Both the position numbers and the translations under genes were made by a program. The notes below the pieces were generated by a model. That model made no database searches, was not told the origin of the DNA, and worked only from the letters and a program-made list of their open reading frames with translations. Shown piece by piece: positions 46,544 through 55,647 of a DNA stretch of 64,000 nt (position 1 is its first letter; each line of letters begins with the position of its first letter). Location of the stretch: the sequence record NC_049850.1. One strand, 5' to 3'.

Positions 46544-46936
46544 TTATTCGACTCGGAGAATGAGGTATTCTGGCGGCAGGTGCGATGCGTACGACGCGGA
46601 CAGCAGGCTGTTGTATAGGCCACGCACGATCCCGAGATTGAATTGATCTGGGTCGACACCCGCGTCGAATATGACTAGCGCGCGACTAGTGCCGCGAACA
46701 CGTGAGTCGGTGAGGGCGTCCGGATGGCACTGCATCAGGCTCAAATCGGACTCTCCCTTGAACTCGGACCAGAGCGCGTTCAATGCGGAACAGTCGCGTT
46801 CGGATACGAGCAGGATTTCGAACATCACGCCCTCTGGAATGGCCTCGGACTTACGCACGGCATCGACGACGATGCGAGCACGTGTAACCGCAGTTTCCAC
46901 TTGATAGGCGGGTTCGTAGAATTTGCTGATGTTCAT
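46544..46936 (-). CDS. hypothetical protein
   Basis: 130 aa, ATGA coupling. Confidence 0.7.
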   Translation of the reverse strand: MNISKFYEPAYQVETAVTRARIVVDAVRKSEAIPEGVMFEILLVSERDCSALNALWSEFKGESDLSLMQCHPDALTDSRVRGTSRALVIFDAGVDPDQFNLGIVRGLYNSLLSASYASHLPPEYLILRVE

Positions 46937-47955
46937 TTCACTACCTTGTTGAGGATGCGTTTTCTGGTCATAGCGATTTGCTCGCGCATGCTCTGTTCCA
47001 CGTCGAGCGCTTCGAGCCACACGTCGAAGAAATCGTCCACCTGAATCACGAGTTCTTCAGCGTTGTTCAGGTCTTCGGTCAGGACAGCCCGCAGGTCTTC
47101 CTTCGACCGGAAATTCTTGACGATTACGATGTTCTGGCGTCCTGCGTAATCTGCGGCGCTCACATCAGCACCGTCCTGAATCACGAGCTTCACCAGATCA
47201 CGCTTGCCCCTAGGAATCGTTGCGAGATCGTCACGTGACGAGATCACCACCGTATGCAACTTGAAACGAGGATCGTGCTCGATCAACTCAATTTCGTTGT
47301 CCGTATCGTTACGGTAGTTGATGTGATGGAAGTACTTGGGCAGCGACTCACCGAAGTTCGTCTGGTACAGGGTGCCTGAATAGTGCGTGTTGCGGATGCT
47401 GTGTGCGGTGTGCAGGTGACCACCAACCGCAATCAGTTTCGACTTGGGTGCACCTTCCTTCTTGTGTACGCGTCCGCTGTCAGTCTTCGATCCGTACACC
47501 TCGTTGTGGAACACGTTGAGGTGGCCCGGCTGGAATGCGGTGCTCGGATACGGAAGGAAATTGACGAGTGCTCTGTCGATCTTGACCTGCGTTGGCTCCG
47601 TGTAAAGCCGGAAGTTCGGGAGTCCGAACAGGATGAGCAGTTCGAGTGAGTGGCCGTTCTCAGCAAGCTCTGAAAACATGTCGTGGTTGCCCAAGATCAC
47701 GTGGAACTCGATGTCCGGATACTCGTTGAGCAGAGCCACAAGTTCGCGCATCGCCTGATACGACATCCGCGTACCGTTGCACACGTCACCGTACAGGAAC
47801 AGCTTGTCGATCCCGTTCTCCTGAGCGTACTTGATCGGGCCGCGTCGGACTTCGTTCAGGATCACGCGATCAGAGTTCTCCACGTACTTCGAGAGGCCAC
47901 CGTCACCGGTCTGGTCTGACAGGTGAAGGTCACCAACACCTACAAATTCAGCCAC
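46933..47955 (-). CDS. Mre11/SbcD/gp47-like metallophosphoesterase nuclease
   Basis: GDLH, LYGD, LGNHD, FHNE, GHLH, YSGTLYQTNFGE. Confidence 0.85.
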   Translation of the reverse strand: MAEFVGVGDLHLSDQTGDGGLSKYVENSDRVILNEVRRGPIKYAQENGIDKLFLYGDVCNGTRMSYQAMRELVALLNEYPDIEFHVILGNHDMFSELAENGHSLELLILFGLPNFRLYTEPTQVKIDRALVNFLPYPSTAFQPGHLNVFHNEVYGSKTDSGRVHKKEGAPKSKLIAVGGHLHTAHSIRNTHYSGTLYQTNFGESLPKYFHHINYRNDTDNEIELIEHDPRFKLHTVVISSRDDLATIPRGKRDLVKLVIQDGADVSAADYAGRQNIVIVKNFRSKEDLRAVLTEDLNNAEELVIQVDDFFDVWLEALDVEQSMREQIAMTRKRILNKVVK

Positions 47956-47965
47956 TCAATACTCC

Positions 47966-48586
47966 TTAATATACGGTTGTAATTTCCGCGATGAATGCGC
48001 GACGGCCGCCTTCACGGCGTGCCGCTTCTAGGTCATGCAGACGCGATGCCTCGGCCTTGGCCTCCGGCGTTTCTAGGATTGCGGCAGCGCGCTCAGGACT
48101 CACAACGGTGACGAGTTCCAAGTCTAGGAGACGCTGGAACGATTTGTTGTTGCGAAGGTCCACGATGTGGAGGCGGATGTCGAGCGGGAGCCACGTGGCC
48201 GGAATCTTGAACGGACTGGTTTCGCTGCCGTTCGGGTTGTAGCGCTTGACGAGAAGGTCTGCGAACTGACAAGGTGAGTGCGCAACATAGCCGCTCGTGT
48301 TCGACGTATTGATCACGAAGAACGGACCGTGATAATCTGGGTTGAGCAGGTTGTCGATAGCCTGCCCTTTCGTCCAGTCTTGGATTGGCGCGAGCGTCGG
48401 ATGGTCTTTGAGACGCAGGAACTTCAGCAGCCGTTCGAGACGACGCGGAATGTATGCGTCACCGATACCCATCTTCGTGGCATCGAGCGGTACGAACTCA
48501 GGAAAGGCCGCGAGTGCCTGACGCGTTTTCTCGCGGCTGTAGAAACCATTCTCACCGAACGTCGTCGGGTTGTTGCTGTGACTCAT
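47966..48586 (-). CDS. hypothetical protein, paralog of 45024-45749
   Basis: See paralog; GGAGG RBS. Confidence 0.8.
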   Translation of the reverse strand: MSHSNNPTTFGENGFYSREKTRQALAAFPEFVPLDATKMGIGDAYIPRRLERLLKFLRLKDHPTLAPIQDWTKGQAIDNLLNPDYHGPFFVINTSNTSGYVAHSPCQFADLLVKRYNPNGSETSPFKIPATWLPLDIRLHIVDLRNNKSFQRLLDLELVTVVSPERAAAILETPEAKAEASRLHDLEAARREGGRRAFIAEITTVY

Positions 48587-48622
48587 GATCGCCTCCACTG
48601 GCGTGTAATTGATTACTTCACA

Positions 48623-50530
48623 TTATTTACTAGACCCATTTTCGGTACGTGCCCGAGCCAGAGCCTGAATTTCTGCAACCTGCGCGAGCGCCGTGTCCGC
48701 AGTCTCGGCATCACCTTTCTGCTTTGCGCGCGTGGCCTTTACCCGCAACTTGTTGATCAAAGTCGACTCGTCCTTCGTGAGCACGAGCTTCACACGTCTC
48801 TGCACAGGAGGCTTTACTTCTTCGCGCTGCGCCTGCTTGAACTTGTTGTAGTTCCACATCATGTACTCACCGCGATTGATCATGGCCTGATGCATGAGCG
48901 TCGGCGCATGGTTGTAGCGATGGTGCAGCTTTTCTGCCAGACCCAGCGTCGGGACGATGGCCAGCATCGGGCTCTCGCTGTCGTGATCACGAATGTTTCC
49001 ACGACCCAGACACTGGATTGCGCGGTCCACCACATAGTCCTCGTCCGGATCGTAGCCCGGCGTACCATCCTCGTGAGGACGGCCCAACAGGAACTGAAGC
49101 AGTCGACCAAGTTGAGGCCACGGGTTGATGGCCGCGTGAAAGACCACGGCATTACAACCCATGTACTTGTTGATCCCGGGTGCGCGGGCGTGCGACATGA
49201 AGCGCATCATCTTGCGGTTGTACTCGTACTTTTCACGATGGCTCTCGTTGATGAAGAGCAGCGCCTTGTTCTCGCGCCCGTGTTTAGCGCGCCACTGGCG
49301 AAGCACTGACTCCGATTGATCGAGAAGCCATTCCATGATGTCGATATGGGCGTGAGCGTTCTCCGTGATGTAGCGCACGATGTCACGATCCTCCTGCTTC
49401 GTGTCCCCATAGAACTCGGGATCGCGATGACGACCGACCGCGCGCTGAATGTCTGCGGTGTTGAGGCCAGTGCGCTGCATCCAGTTCCCGAGTTTCGTGA
49501 TCTGGTCCTTCGGCAGGATGAACCCGAAGTCGTACTGACGAATGGCGGGGACGCGCGAGTCACGGAGCAGCGGCACAATCACCAGCTTCTCATAGCGCCG
49601 GGCAATCCGCTCCATCGACGCCGTGTACCCGAGCTTCGTGTACTCGTTCAGGAACTGGCGGCTCACGTCGTTGAGGATAGCGTCCTCCCACTTCAGCAGG
49701 TGGTACATCTGCGAGTTCGTGAAATCGGCGGCCAAGATGTACACGTGTCGGAATCCAACAAACGGAAACGACGGCAGTGAAATCTGAATCATCTTGCGCG
49801 CATTACCTTTGCCCTCGAACAAGCCGTAAGCACGCGTGCGGGCCACGCCGTCCTTGGTCGAGAGCGAGGCATGCAGATCGTCGAGCACCGCAAATTGTCG
49901 GGCCGCAGCCTTACCGTTGAGGCGTGTCACTTTCTGGTTCTCGGGGATGTCGCGCGGGATCAACGTGCTGATGCCGGATGCCTCGTCACCATCAAGTGTA
50001 AGCGGATTGATGTCGAACAGACGCTCCATGTAATTCTGGGTGTCGGCATCCAGCTTGATCTTCTCCACGATCTCGGCCCACTTACGCGCCTCATCGAAGA
50101 TAACGGTCGTGTGTCGAAAGATCGGATTCGATTGCAGCGAGAGAAAGCCTGCGTGTGTAATGAACAGCACGCACCCGGGAGTGAATGCACGAGACTGAGT
50201 GCCATCGTTAGTCATCCCCTTGAGCACGTTCGTGATCTGCAAGTTGACACTGGCGTTCGAAGAGGACGAGCGAGAGCTATCGCGCGAGTACGCGATACGA
50301 AGCATGAACCGCTCGCCCGGCGTGAGACCGGCGCGCAGTCGACGGTAAGTTTGACGAAGAAGCTGTCGAGAGGACGCGACGTAGAAAACGTAACGCGACT
50401 TACCCCGCTCACCGTTGAGCCAAGTGCGGACGTGGCGAGTCATGAACTCGCAAGCGGCCTCGGTCTTGCCGGTGCCGGGCGGTGCGTCCACGTAATTGAT
50501 GATCAGCGGTGATTTCGATTCTTCCATCAT
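48623..50530 (-). CDS. SF2-like helicase / origin-binding-like protein
   Basis: APPGTGKT Walker A, IFDE Walker B, QCLGRGNIR motif VI. Confidence 0.7.
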   Translation of the reverse strand: MMEESKSPLIINYVDAPPGTGKTEAACEFMTRHVRTWLNGERGKSRYVFYVASSRQLLRQTYRRLRAGLTPGERFMLRIAYSRDSSRSSSSNASVNLQITNVLKGMTNDGTQSRAFTPGCVLFITHAGFLSLQSNPIFRHTTVIFDEARKWAEIVEKIKLDADTQNYMERLFDINPLTLDGDEASGISTLIPRDIPENQKVTRLNGKAAARQFAVLDDLHASLSTKDGVARTRAYGLFEGKGNARKMIQISLPSFPFVGFRHVYILAADFTNSQMYHLLKWEDAILNDVSRQFLNEYTKLGYTASMERIARRYEKLVIVPLLRDSRVPAIRQYDFGFILPKDQITKLGNWMQRTGLNTADIQRAVGRHRDPEFYGDTKQEDRDIVRYITENAHAHIDIMEWLLDQSESVLRQWRAKHGRENKALLFINESHREKYEYNRKMMRFMSHARAPGINKYMGCNAVVFHAAINPWPQLGRLLQFLLGRPHEDGTPGYDPDEDYVVDRAIQCLGRGNIRDHDSESPMLAIVPTLGLAEKLHHRYNHAPTLMHQAMINRGEYMMWNYNKFKQAQREEVKPPVQRRVKLVLTKDESTLINKLRVKATRAKQKGDAETADTALAQVAEIQALARARTENGSSK

Positions 50531-51094
50531 GGTCGGGCGGTCGTCGGTTCCTGTAATTGATCTTGAGGGTCACCTGTATGGGACCCATTGGTAATTTATT
50601 TACTGCACTCAGTTCATCACACGAGTGTAACAGTTTTTGGTTTCACGATCAAGCCCTCGACCACGAGCGGGCGCAGCCCCGAGTGGGCAGCGTGGAGCGT
50701 GAGCGACACGCATTCCCAAACCGTCAAGCATCCAAGCTGTTGAACACGTTGATCGTCGAGGATGCAGGGCTCGCTACGCTCTCCCTGCGAACCGCGTGCT
50801 GCGCACGGGTTGAATTCCTCGATTTTTGGGAGAAATATGGGGTGGAATGTGATGTAATTGAAAAGAGAGGCATTCATATAAGTAACGGGAGACCAGTTTT
50901 CCAATTACATGGCCCGGGACCACCCAAAAGTGACGAAAAGTCACGTTTTTCGCCTGTTTTCCACGCTTTTGTCGATTTTACCTACTTTTCTTCATTAAAA
51001 ACACGTGTAATCAGTGCTTGACACCACCCGTATGTCCCCTATACATTACGCGCACGCTATATCGCGCAATATGTCGCACACCCGATAGGAGAAT
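50531..51094. promoter_or_regulatory. non-coding strand-switch region: divergent promoters, possible replication origin
   Basis: No convincing ORF; AT-rich tracts; GCAGTAAATA on minus at 50597-50606; TTGACA-N18-TACATT on plus at 51018-51047. Confidence 0.55.
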
Positions 51095-51463
51095 ATGATG
51101 CACTACAACGCTTATGACGCACGCACGCTCGATGATGTCGTGCGCTTTGTCGCTCGCTCGATCTATGTCGCGGGTGCAGGCAACAACATGGACGCGCAAG
51201 ATGACCGCGATCACGTGCTGCACACCGCGAACATCGCACTCGACTTCAAACGCGTAGCCGGAGCCTTCAAGATCGGCTACGCCACCGCCGACTATCACGA
51301 TGGGGTGCTTGACATCGTTCTCCACCTCGTGCTACATTCCGGCCCTGACGTAATTCGAATCAAACTGGAGGTCGTAAATGGCAAAGTCATCAACAACGGG
51401 CAGCAGATCGCCCCTACTCTCGAACGCGGGCACGTCTACGTCGGCACGCAAGACCGTGCGTAA
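51095..51463 (+). CDS. hypothetical protein
   Basis: 122 aa, AGGAG RBS. Confidence 0.8.
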   Translation: MMHYNAYDARTLDDVVRFVARSIYVAGAGNNMDAQDDRDHVLHTANIALDFKRVAGAFKIGYATADYHDGVLDIVLHLVLHSGPDVIRIKLEVVNGKVINNGQQIAPTLERGHVYVGTQDRA

Positions 51464-51899
51464 GCCCAAGCTCAAGGTCCCGGTCTTCGTCGACCGCGAG
51501 AATCGCGTGCTCACCATCGACTCGCGTGTCAAGACCTACCTGCGTCCGCTCTCCAAGGGCATCAGCCAAAAGGGCACCGTCGTCGCCATCGGACGCTTTA
51601 TCTCGATCAAGATCGACGGCGCGCGTGAGGTTCGCGAGTACACTGTCGAGGAAGCGGCAGAGAAGCTGATCCTCACGGGCATGAAAAAGAAGGAAGTGCG
51701 CTACTCGGACGAGGTTTACCGGGAAGAGAAAGCGAAGGTCGGCATCGAGATCAACAGTTCCGGTATCTCGGTGTTCGTGTACCATTCGCACTCGATGATG
51801 ACGATCAATATCGAGTCCGAAGACATGGGCCGCGCGCTCGACGGGGTTCGGGGCCGCGCCGAGGCACGCGTTCGCACCTACTCGGCGGTCTCGGAATGA
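51456..51899 (+). CDS. hypothetical protein
   Basis: GTG start overlapping the upstream gene. Confidence 0.7.
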   Translation: MRKPKLKVPVFVDRENRVLTIDSRVKTYLRPLSKGISQKGTVVAIGRFISIKIDGAREVREYTVEEAAEKLILTGMKKKEVRYSDEVYREEKAKVGIEINSSGISVFVYHSHSMMTINIESEDMGRALDGVRGRAEARVRTYSAVSE

Positions 51900-52246
51900 G
51901 CACTCGTAGCAACAAGAAGATGAGTCGTGGTCTCAACGGTGAGGTAATCGACCACAAGCGTTACATCAAGACTTACCGCTATCAGGTGATGCGGGTCATT
52001 CGCGACATCGAGAACGGGAGCGTGACCGAGGACGACATGGCGCGTCTTCGCAACTTTTGTCAAATGTCGATCACGTTGATGGAACACGCACCGATTTCGC
52101 AAATTCAGGCAGCGTGGCGTGACACCGAGATCATGGCGTTCGCGCACGATGCAGTTGACGACGGGCATGACACCGGTGTAGTATTGCGCGGTCCCGATCA
52201 ACCGGCTCGGTCAGGCTGCATCCCCGAGTCCTTTCGCAAGGAGTGA
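51896..52246 (+). CDS. hypothetical protein
   Basis: 116 aa, ATGA coupling. Confidence 0.75.
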   Translation: MSTRSNKKMSRGLNGEVIDHKRYIKTYRYQVMRVIRDIENGSVTEDDMARLRNFCQMSITLMEHAPISQIQAAWRDTEIMAFAHDAVDDGHDTGVVLRGPDQPARSGCIPESFRKE

Positions 52247-52572
52247 GCATGGAGCAAGAACAACGCGTTGAGTTTGTCGAAGACTGGGCATCGGTGCTTC
52301 CCGAGCGCATTCGCAACTACAACAAGGACGCCATCGATAAAATCTCGATGGTGCTCGACGACGACAGTGTGTACGCTAAGCTGCACATTCCTATGAAGGA
52401 AGGTGAGTATGTGCAGGAAGTGGATGTCACGCACCTGCATCCCGTGCTGCGCGCCAAGCTCGCGCTCTCCCTGTTTCGTGACGCACTGGAACTCACGCGC
52501 AAAGCCCGACGCGAAGGCCGCCGTCAAGTCCGCAAGGCCATCAACGAAGCACTCAACCCCATGTACGACTAA
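52243..52572 (+). CDS. hypothetical protein
   Basis: 109 aa. Confidence 0.75.
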   Translation: MSMEQEQRVEFVEDWASVLPERIRNYNKDAIDKISMVLDDDSVYAKLHIPMKEGEYVQEVDVTHLHPVLRAKLALSLFRDALELTRKARREGRRQVRKAINEALNPMYD

Positions 52573-52583
52573 GGGAGGACAAC

Positions 52584-52730
52584 ATGGAGGATCAACCGAT
52601 CAAGCTCACGGAAGCCGAGACCGAACGCTTCCTCGAAGCACTGAAATCGCCGCCCCCGCCGAACGAAGCACTCGTCAAGGCGATGCGCAAATACTGGGAA
52701 CAGGAGGATACGCGTGGCCGAAATCAATAA
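52584..52730 (+). CDS. 48-aa peptide matching the C-terminal toxin-binding region of DUF1778 (TacA/AtaR/KacA) antitoxins; not in the ORF track
   Basis: AAGGGAGG RBS; MEDQPIKLTEAETERFLEALKSPPPPNEALVKAMRKYWEQEDTRGRNQ. Confidence 0.75.
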   Translation: MEDQPIKLTEAETERFLEALKSPPPPNEALVKAMRKYWEQEDTRGRNQ

Positions 52731-52959
52731 CGACCGCTACATGATCTATCAGGACAGCGACACGGACTACTGGCTCGCTTACATAAAGCTGGGCTCGGAC
52801 CCGGGCATCACGGTCAATGTCACGCACGTGCCTGAGCCCAACCGTGAGGCATTCGTGAAGCTGCTGCATGAGCAGATCATCCGGGCCGTAGAATCCGCGT
52901 TCAAGCGCGGGTCCAACGAAGCAAAACTTGGAGTGCGCATGGCGCTCCGACTCGACTAA
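52714..52959 (+). CDS. hypothetical protein
   Basis: 81 aa, GGAGG RBS, GTG start. Confidence 0.7.
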   Translation: MAEINNDRYMIYQDSDTDYWLAYIKLGSDPGITVNVTHVPEPNREAFVKLLHEQIIRAVESAFKRGSNEAKLGVRMALRLD

Positions 52960-52968
52960 GGAGAGCGT

Positions 52969-53247
52969 ATGAAAAAGTACATCGCATTAGCAGTCGTCGC
53001 ATTCACTCTCGCGGGCTGCGGCCCGGAGCCCGACACGCCGCTCGGCGGTGTCCAATACACGGAAGGTCGCTTCCAAGTCGCACGCGTCGGCGTCTTCCGC
53101 GACGAACTCGCGTACGGTGACAAACGCGGCATCTACACGTTCGTCGACACGAAGACGGGCAAGGAGTACGTCGGGGTCTCGGGCATCGGTATCGCGGAAA
53201 CGGGTTCGCATTCCAGCGGCAAGACCCAGACGCAGGACGAGCGATGA
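52969..53247 (+). CDS. putative lipoprotein
   Basis: MKK signal peptide plus LAGC lipobox. Confidence 0.8.
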   Translation: MKKYIALAVVAFTLAGCGPEPDTPLGGVQYTEGRFQVARVGVFRDELAYGDKRGIYTFVDTKTGKEYVGVSGIGIAETGSHSSGKTQTQDER

Positions 53248-53483
53248 GCGCTACTCCACTCTTTCTCGATGACGCTCCGCACCTGACGCCCCTCGGTTTC
53301 GCGAATCGTCTCTACGTCGATAGTCTCTACGTCGATAGCGTCGAGCACTCGATGCTGCGCCTGAATCGCGAGCGCACTGCCTACCATGACATGCCCGTCT
53401 ATGGTGTGGATGAGGTGCAGAAACTTCTGCGCTACGCACAGGAAATGCGTGATCTGGCGGACCGTTTGCAGAGTGAGCGCTGA
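53244..53483 (+). CDS. hypothetical protein
   Basis: 79 aa, coupled. Confidence 0.7.
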   Translation: MSATPLFLDDAPHLTPLGFANRLYVDSLYVDSVEHSMLRLNRERTAYHDMPVYGVDEVQKLLRYAQEMRDLADRLQSER

Positions 53484-53920
53484 TGCCGATCTACAGAGAA
53501 GGTATCGATCTTGACCAGTATGTCTCGACTTGGGACGAACCGGACAGCGTTGAGGGTTTAGGCTACTGCTACCGATACACGGACGTGAAGTACAGTCCGG
53601 GTGTAGACGAGTGGGATGATCCGCTTCCACGCTCGCCCGGGACCCACTTGGGTATTCACGTGCAAGAGTACAAGGTGCTGCGTGAAACCAAGTGCGGCTT
53701 CTGGTTCTACGACACTTACGAGGGCCGTGAGCGCTTCATCAACAACTCGTGGACCAAGAAGTATGTGCTCCGCTCGAAGGAAGCGGCACGCGATTCGTAT
53801 ATCGCGCGCAAGGAAAAGCAGATTACGCTGCTCCAGCGTCAGATCATCGACGCCAAGGAATTCTTGCGCATGGCCCGCGACCAACAGGCGCGAGGCGTCG
53901 CCCAATCTATCTGGAGGTAA
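53483..53920 (+). CDS. hypothetical protein
   Basis: 145 aa, TGATG coupling. Confidence 0.75.
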   Translation: MPIYREGIDLDQYVSTWDEPDSVEGLGYCYRYTDVKYSPGVDEWDDPLPRSPGTHLGIHVQEYKVLRETKCGFWFYDTYEGRERFINNSWTKKYVLRSKEAARDSYIARKEKQITLLQRQIIDAKEFLRMARDQQARGVAQSIWR

Positions 53921-53921
53921 C

Positions 53922-54332
53922 ATGGGTCTGGAGTACTACGCGCTGAACCACGCACGAGCCGAAGCCGTGTCGTTGGGCCGCGTTGGCTTTCGCTTCGACG
54001 CGCTGCTGAACGTGACGGACCAAGCGGAGTTCGAGCGCGCGTGTTTCGAATCACTGGTCGCGTCCGGTTACGACTATGCACGTGCCGCTGAGTTCGCACA
54101 CGACTTCTACGATTTCGGTGCCGACGAAATCTGGAACGATGGGCAGGATGTGTACGAGTACTTCTCGTGCTACCGTGTTGTCGACGCGCTCGACCACGAA
54201 GAGATCGGGAGCAAGCTCGGTGACTACTTTGTGCGGTCTGGCATGCTTCCGGTCGAAGCCCTGAGCCTGCGGCATCCGCGCGTGCGAATCGTGCTGGGCC
54301 GCGCCCAGATCACGCAACCCAATTTGAATTGA
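53922..54332 (+). CDS. hypothetical protein
   Basis: 136 aa, GGAGG RBS. Confidence 0.75.
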   Translation: MGLEYYALNHARAEAVSLGRVGFRFDALLNVTDQAEFERACFESLVASGYDYARAAEFAHDFYDFGADEIWNDGQDVYEYFSCYRVVDALDHEEIGSKLGDYFVRSGMLPVEALSLRHPRVRIVLGRAQITQPNLN

Positions 54333-54336
54333 CCTG

Positions 54337-54365
54337 TTGACGGTGTAGTAAAGACAGCGTATAGT
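54337..54365 (+). promoter_or_regulatory. tRNA-cluster promoter: sigma70 consensus with the phage motif in its spacer
   Basis: TTGACG-N17-TATAGT; GTAGTAAAGA at 54345-54354. Confidence 0.8.
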
Positions 54366-54374
54366 TCATGACTC

Positions 54375-54450
54375 GGGCTCCTAGCTTATTGGTTAGAAGC
54401 GTCCGGCTCATAACCGGTTGAAGAGGGTTCGATTCCCTCGGGGCCCACCA
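54375..54450 (+). tRNA. tRNA-CAT (Ile2 or Met)
   Basis: Cloverleaf, CTCATAA loop, GTTCGATTC, encoded CCA; C4:G69 favours Ile2. Confidence 0.9.
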
Positions 54451-54505
54451 ACAGAACAGGAGGCAATCATGAGTAGATTCTAGTGAACCAACTGGAGGTG
54501 TTCTC

Positions 54506-54793
54506 ATGAAAGCAAAAGCGTTTTACCATCGTGTTTGTAACTACGGCCCGGGCGGCTACCACTGCCCGTGCTGCGGTCCCGCACCAAGCATGCGCCGTAA
54601 GGAGCGTCAGCAACAACGACGCAAGTTCCATCGTCTGCTTGACGTTCTGGACAAGTTTGACACCGAAGTCAAAATCGAACACGACAATCTCGTGCTCGAC
54701 GATTTCGACGATGAGCGTCACGACTATTACAATGGCTGGGGCGGTGACCCTAGCCTGCACGATGAGTGGAAGGACTGGAAGAAGGCAGCTTGA
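54506..54793 (+). CDS. hypothetical protein with CPCC motif
   Basis: 95 aa, GGAGG RBS. Confidence 0.75.
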   Translation: MKAKAFYHRVCNYGPGGYHCPCCGPAPSMRRKERQQQRRKFHRLLDVLDKFDTEVKIEHDNLVLDDFDDERHDYYNGWGGDPSLHDEWKDWKKAA

Positions 54794-54857
54794 CCGTACT
54801 GCACCGCAAAGCCTTAGATGCGGTCTGCCGCGAGAACGTGAGCGGTGCAGTACACTT

Positions 54858-54943
54858 GCCCGGGTGGCGGAATTGCTAGACGCGACGGACTCAAAATCCG
54901 TTGGCCCTAGGCCGTGTGGGTTGGAGTCCCACCCCGGGCACCA
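54858..54943 (+). tRNA. tRNA-Leu(CAA)
   Basis: Long variable arm, CTCAAAA loop, CCA; T-loop variant TTGGAG. Confidence 0.92.
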
Positions 54944-54945
54944 TC

Positions 54946-55032
54946 GCGAGGATGGCGAAATTGGTAGACGCAGCAGGTTTAGGTCCTGCCGGTCGAAAGG
55001 CCGTGAGGGTTCGAATCCCTTTCCTCGCACCA
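54946..55032 (+). tRNA. tRNA-Leu(TAG)
   Basis: Long variable arm, TTTAGGT loop, GTTCGAATC, CCA. Confidence 0.95.
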
Positions 55033-55126
55033 CTTTGGATTGTAGGCGTAAATCGAGCGGGACTTCCCCACCTGCTCGATCAGGGCTGGTACACCTTATA
55101 GACCGTCGCCTACAATCCAAAGTGGT
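55029..55126 (+). ncRNA. candidate structured RNA (20-bp terminal stem with internal hairpins)
   Basis: ACCACTTTGGATTGTAGGCG / CGCCTACAATCCAAAGTGGT perfect inverted repeat. Confidence 0.55.
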
Positions 55127-55199
55127 TGTGGTAAAGATGTAGTGTGCTTTGCCTTTGAAGCGCGGGCGCTGTGGTTCTTAGGCCACGACAGCGCCCAAC

Positions 55200-55275
55200 G
55201 CCGGTTTAGCTCAGTTGGTAGAGCAGCGCCCTTGTAAAGCGCAGGTCACGGGTTCGAGCCCTGTAACCGGCACCA
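55200..55275 (+). tRNA. tRNA-Thr(TGT)
   Basis: Cloverleaf, CTTGTAA loop (C31.A39 mismatch), CCA. Confidence 0.92.
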
Positions 55276-55296
55276 CTAAACAATAACAATGAGGTT

Positions 55297-55638
55297 GTGA
55301 TGAATACGCATGAGGCTTACGAGATCGTCGATAGACTGACGCCTGTATCGGTCAGGAACCTCGAAGACGCGTACGTACGGTTCATGGAAATGGCGCTTCT
55401 GGTCGATCCACACCCGGAGACTGAAGACCGGGCCACACGGGATCGTGAGACATACACTGAATTCCTGCTACCGCCAGACGAGAATGGCAACCCCGTGATT
55501 TCGGTCCCGGGCATGCATCAGTTTCTGTCCAAGATCACGGGCCATCCGCTACAAACCTGTGTAGCCTTCGACTACGTTGACTTCCATCGCGTGCACGGCA
55601 CAACGATAGAGGACGCGGAACTCGCTGGCTACGTTTAA
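55297..55638 (+). CDS. hypothetical protein
   Basis: 113 aa, GAGG RBS. Confidence 0.75.
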   Translation: MMNTHEAYEIVDRLTPVSVRNLEDAYVRFMEMALLVDPHPETEDRATRDRETYTEFLLPPDENGNPVISVPGMHQFLSKITGHPLQTCVAFDYVDFHRVHGTTIEDAELAGYV

Positions 55639-55647
55639 GGACGCCCA

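Noticed and set aside
50557-51021. ORFs across the strand-switch region
   Set aside because: Atypical composition, no RBS, and overlap promoter-like elements
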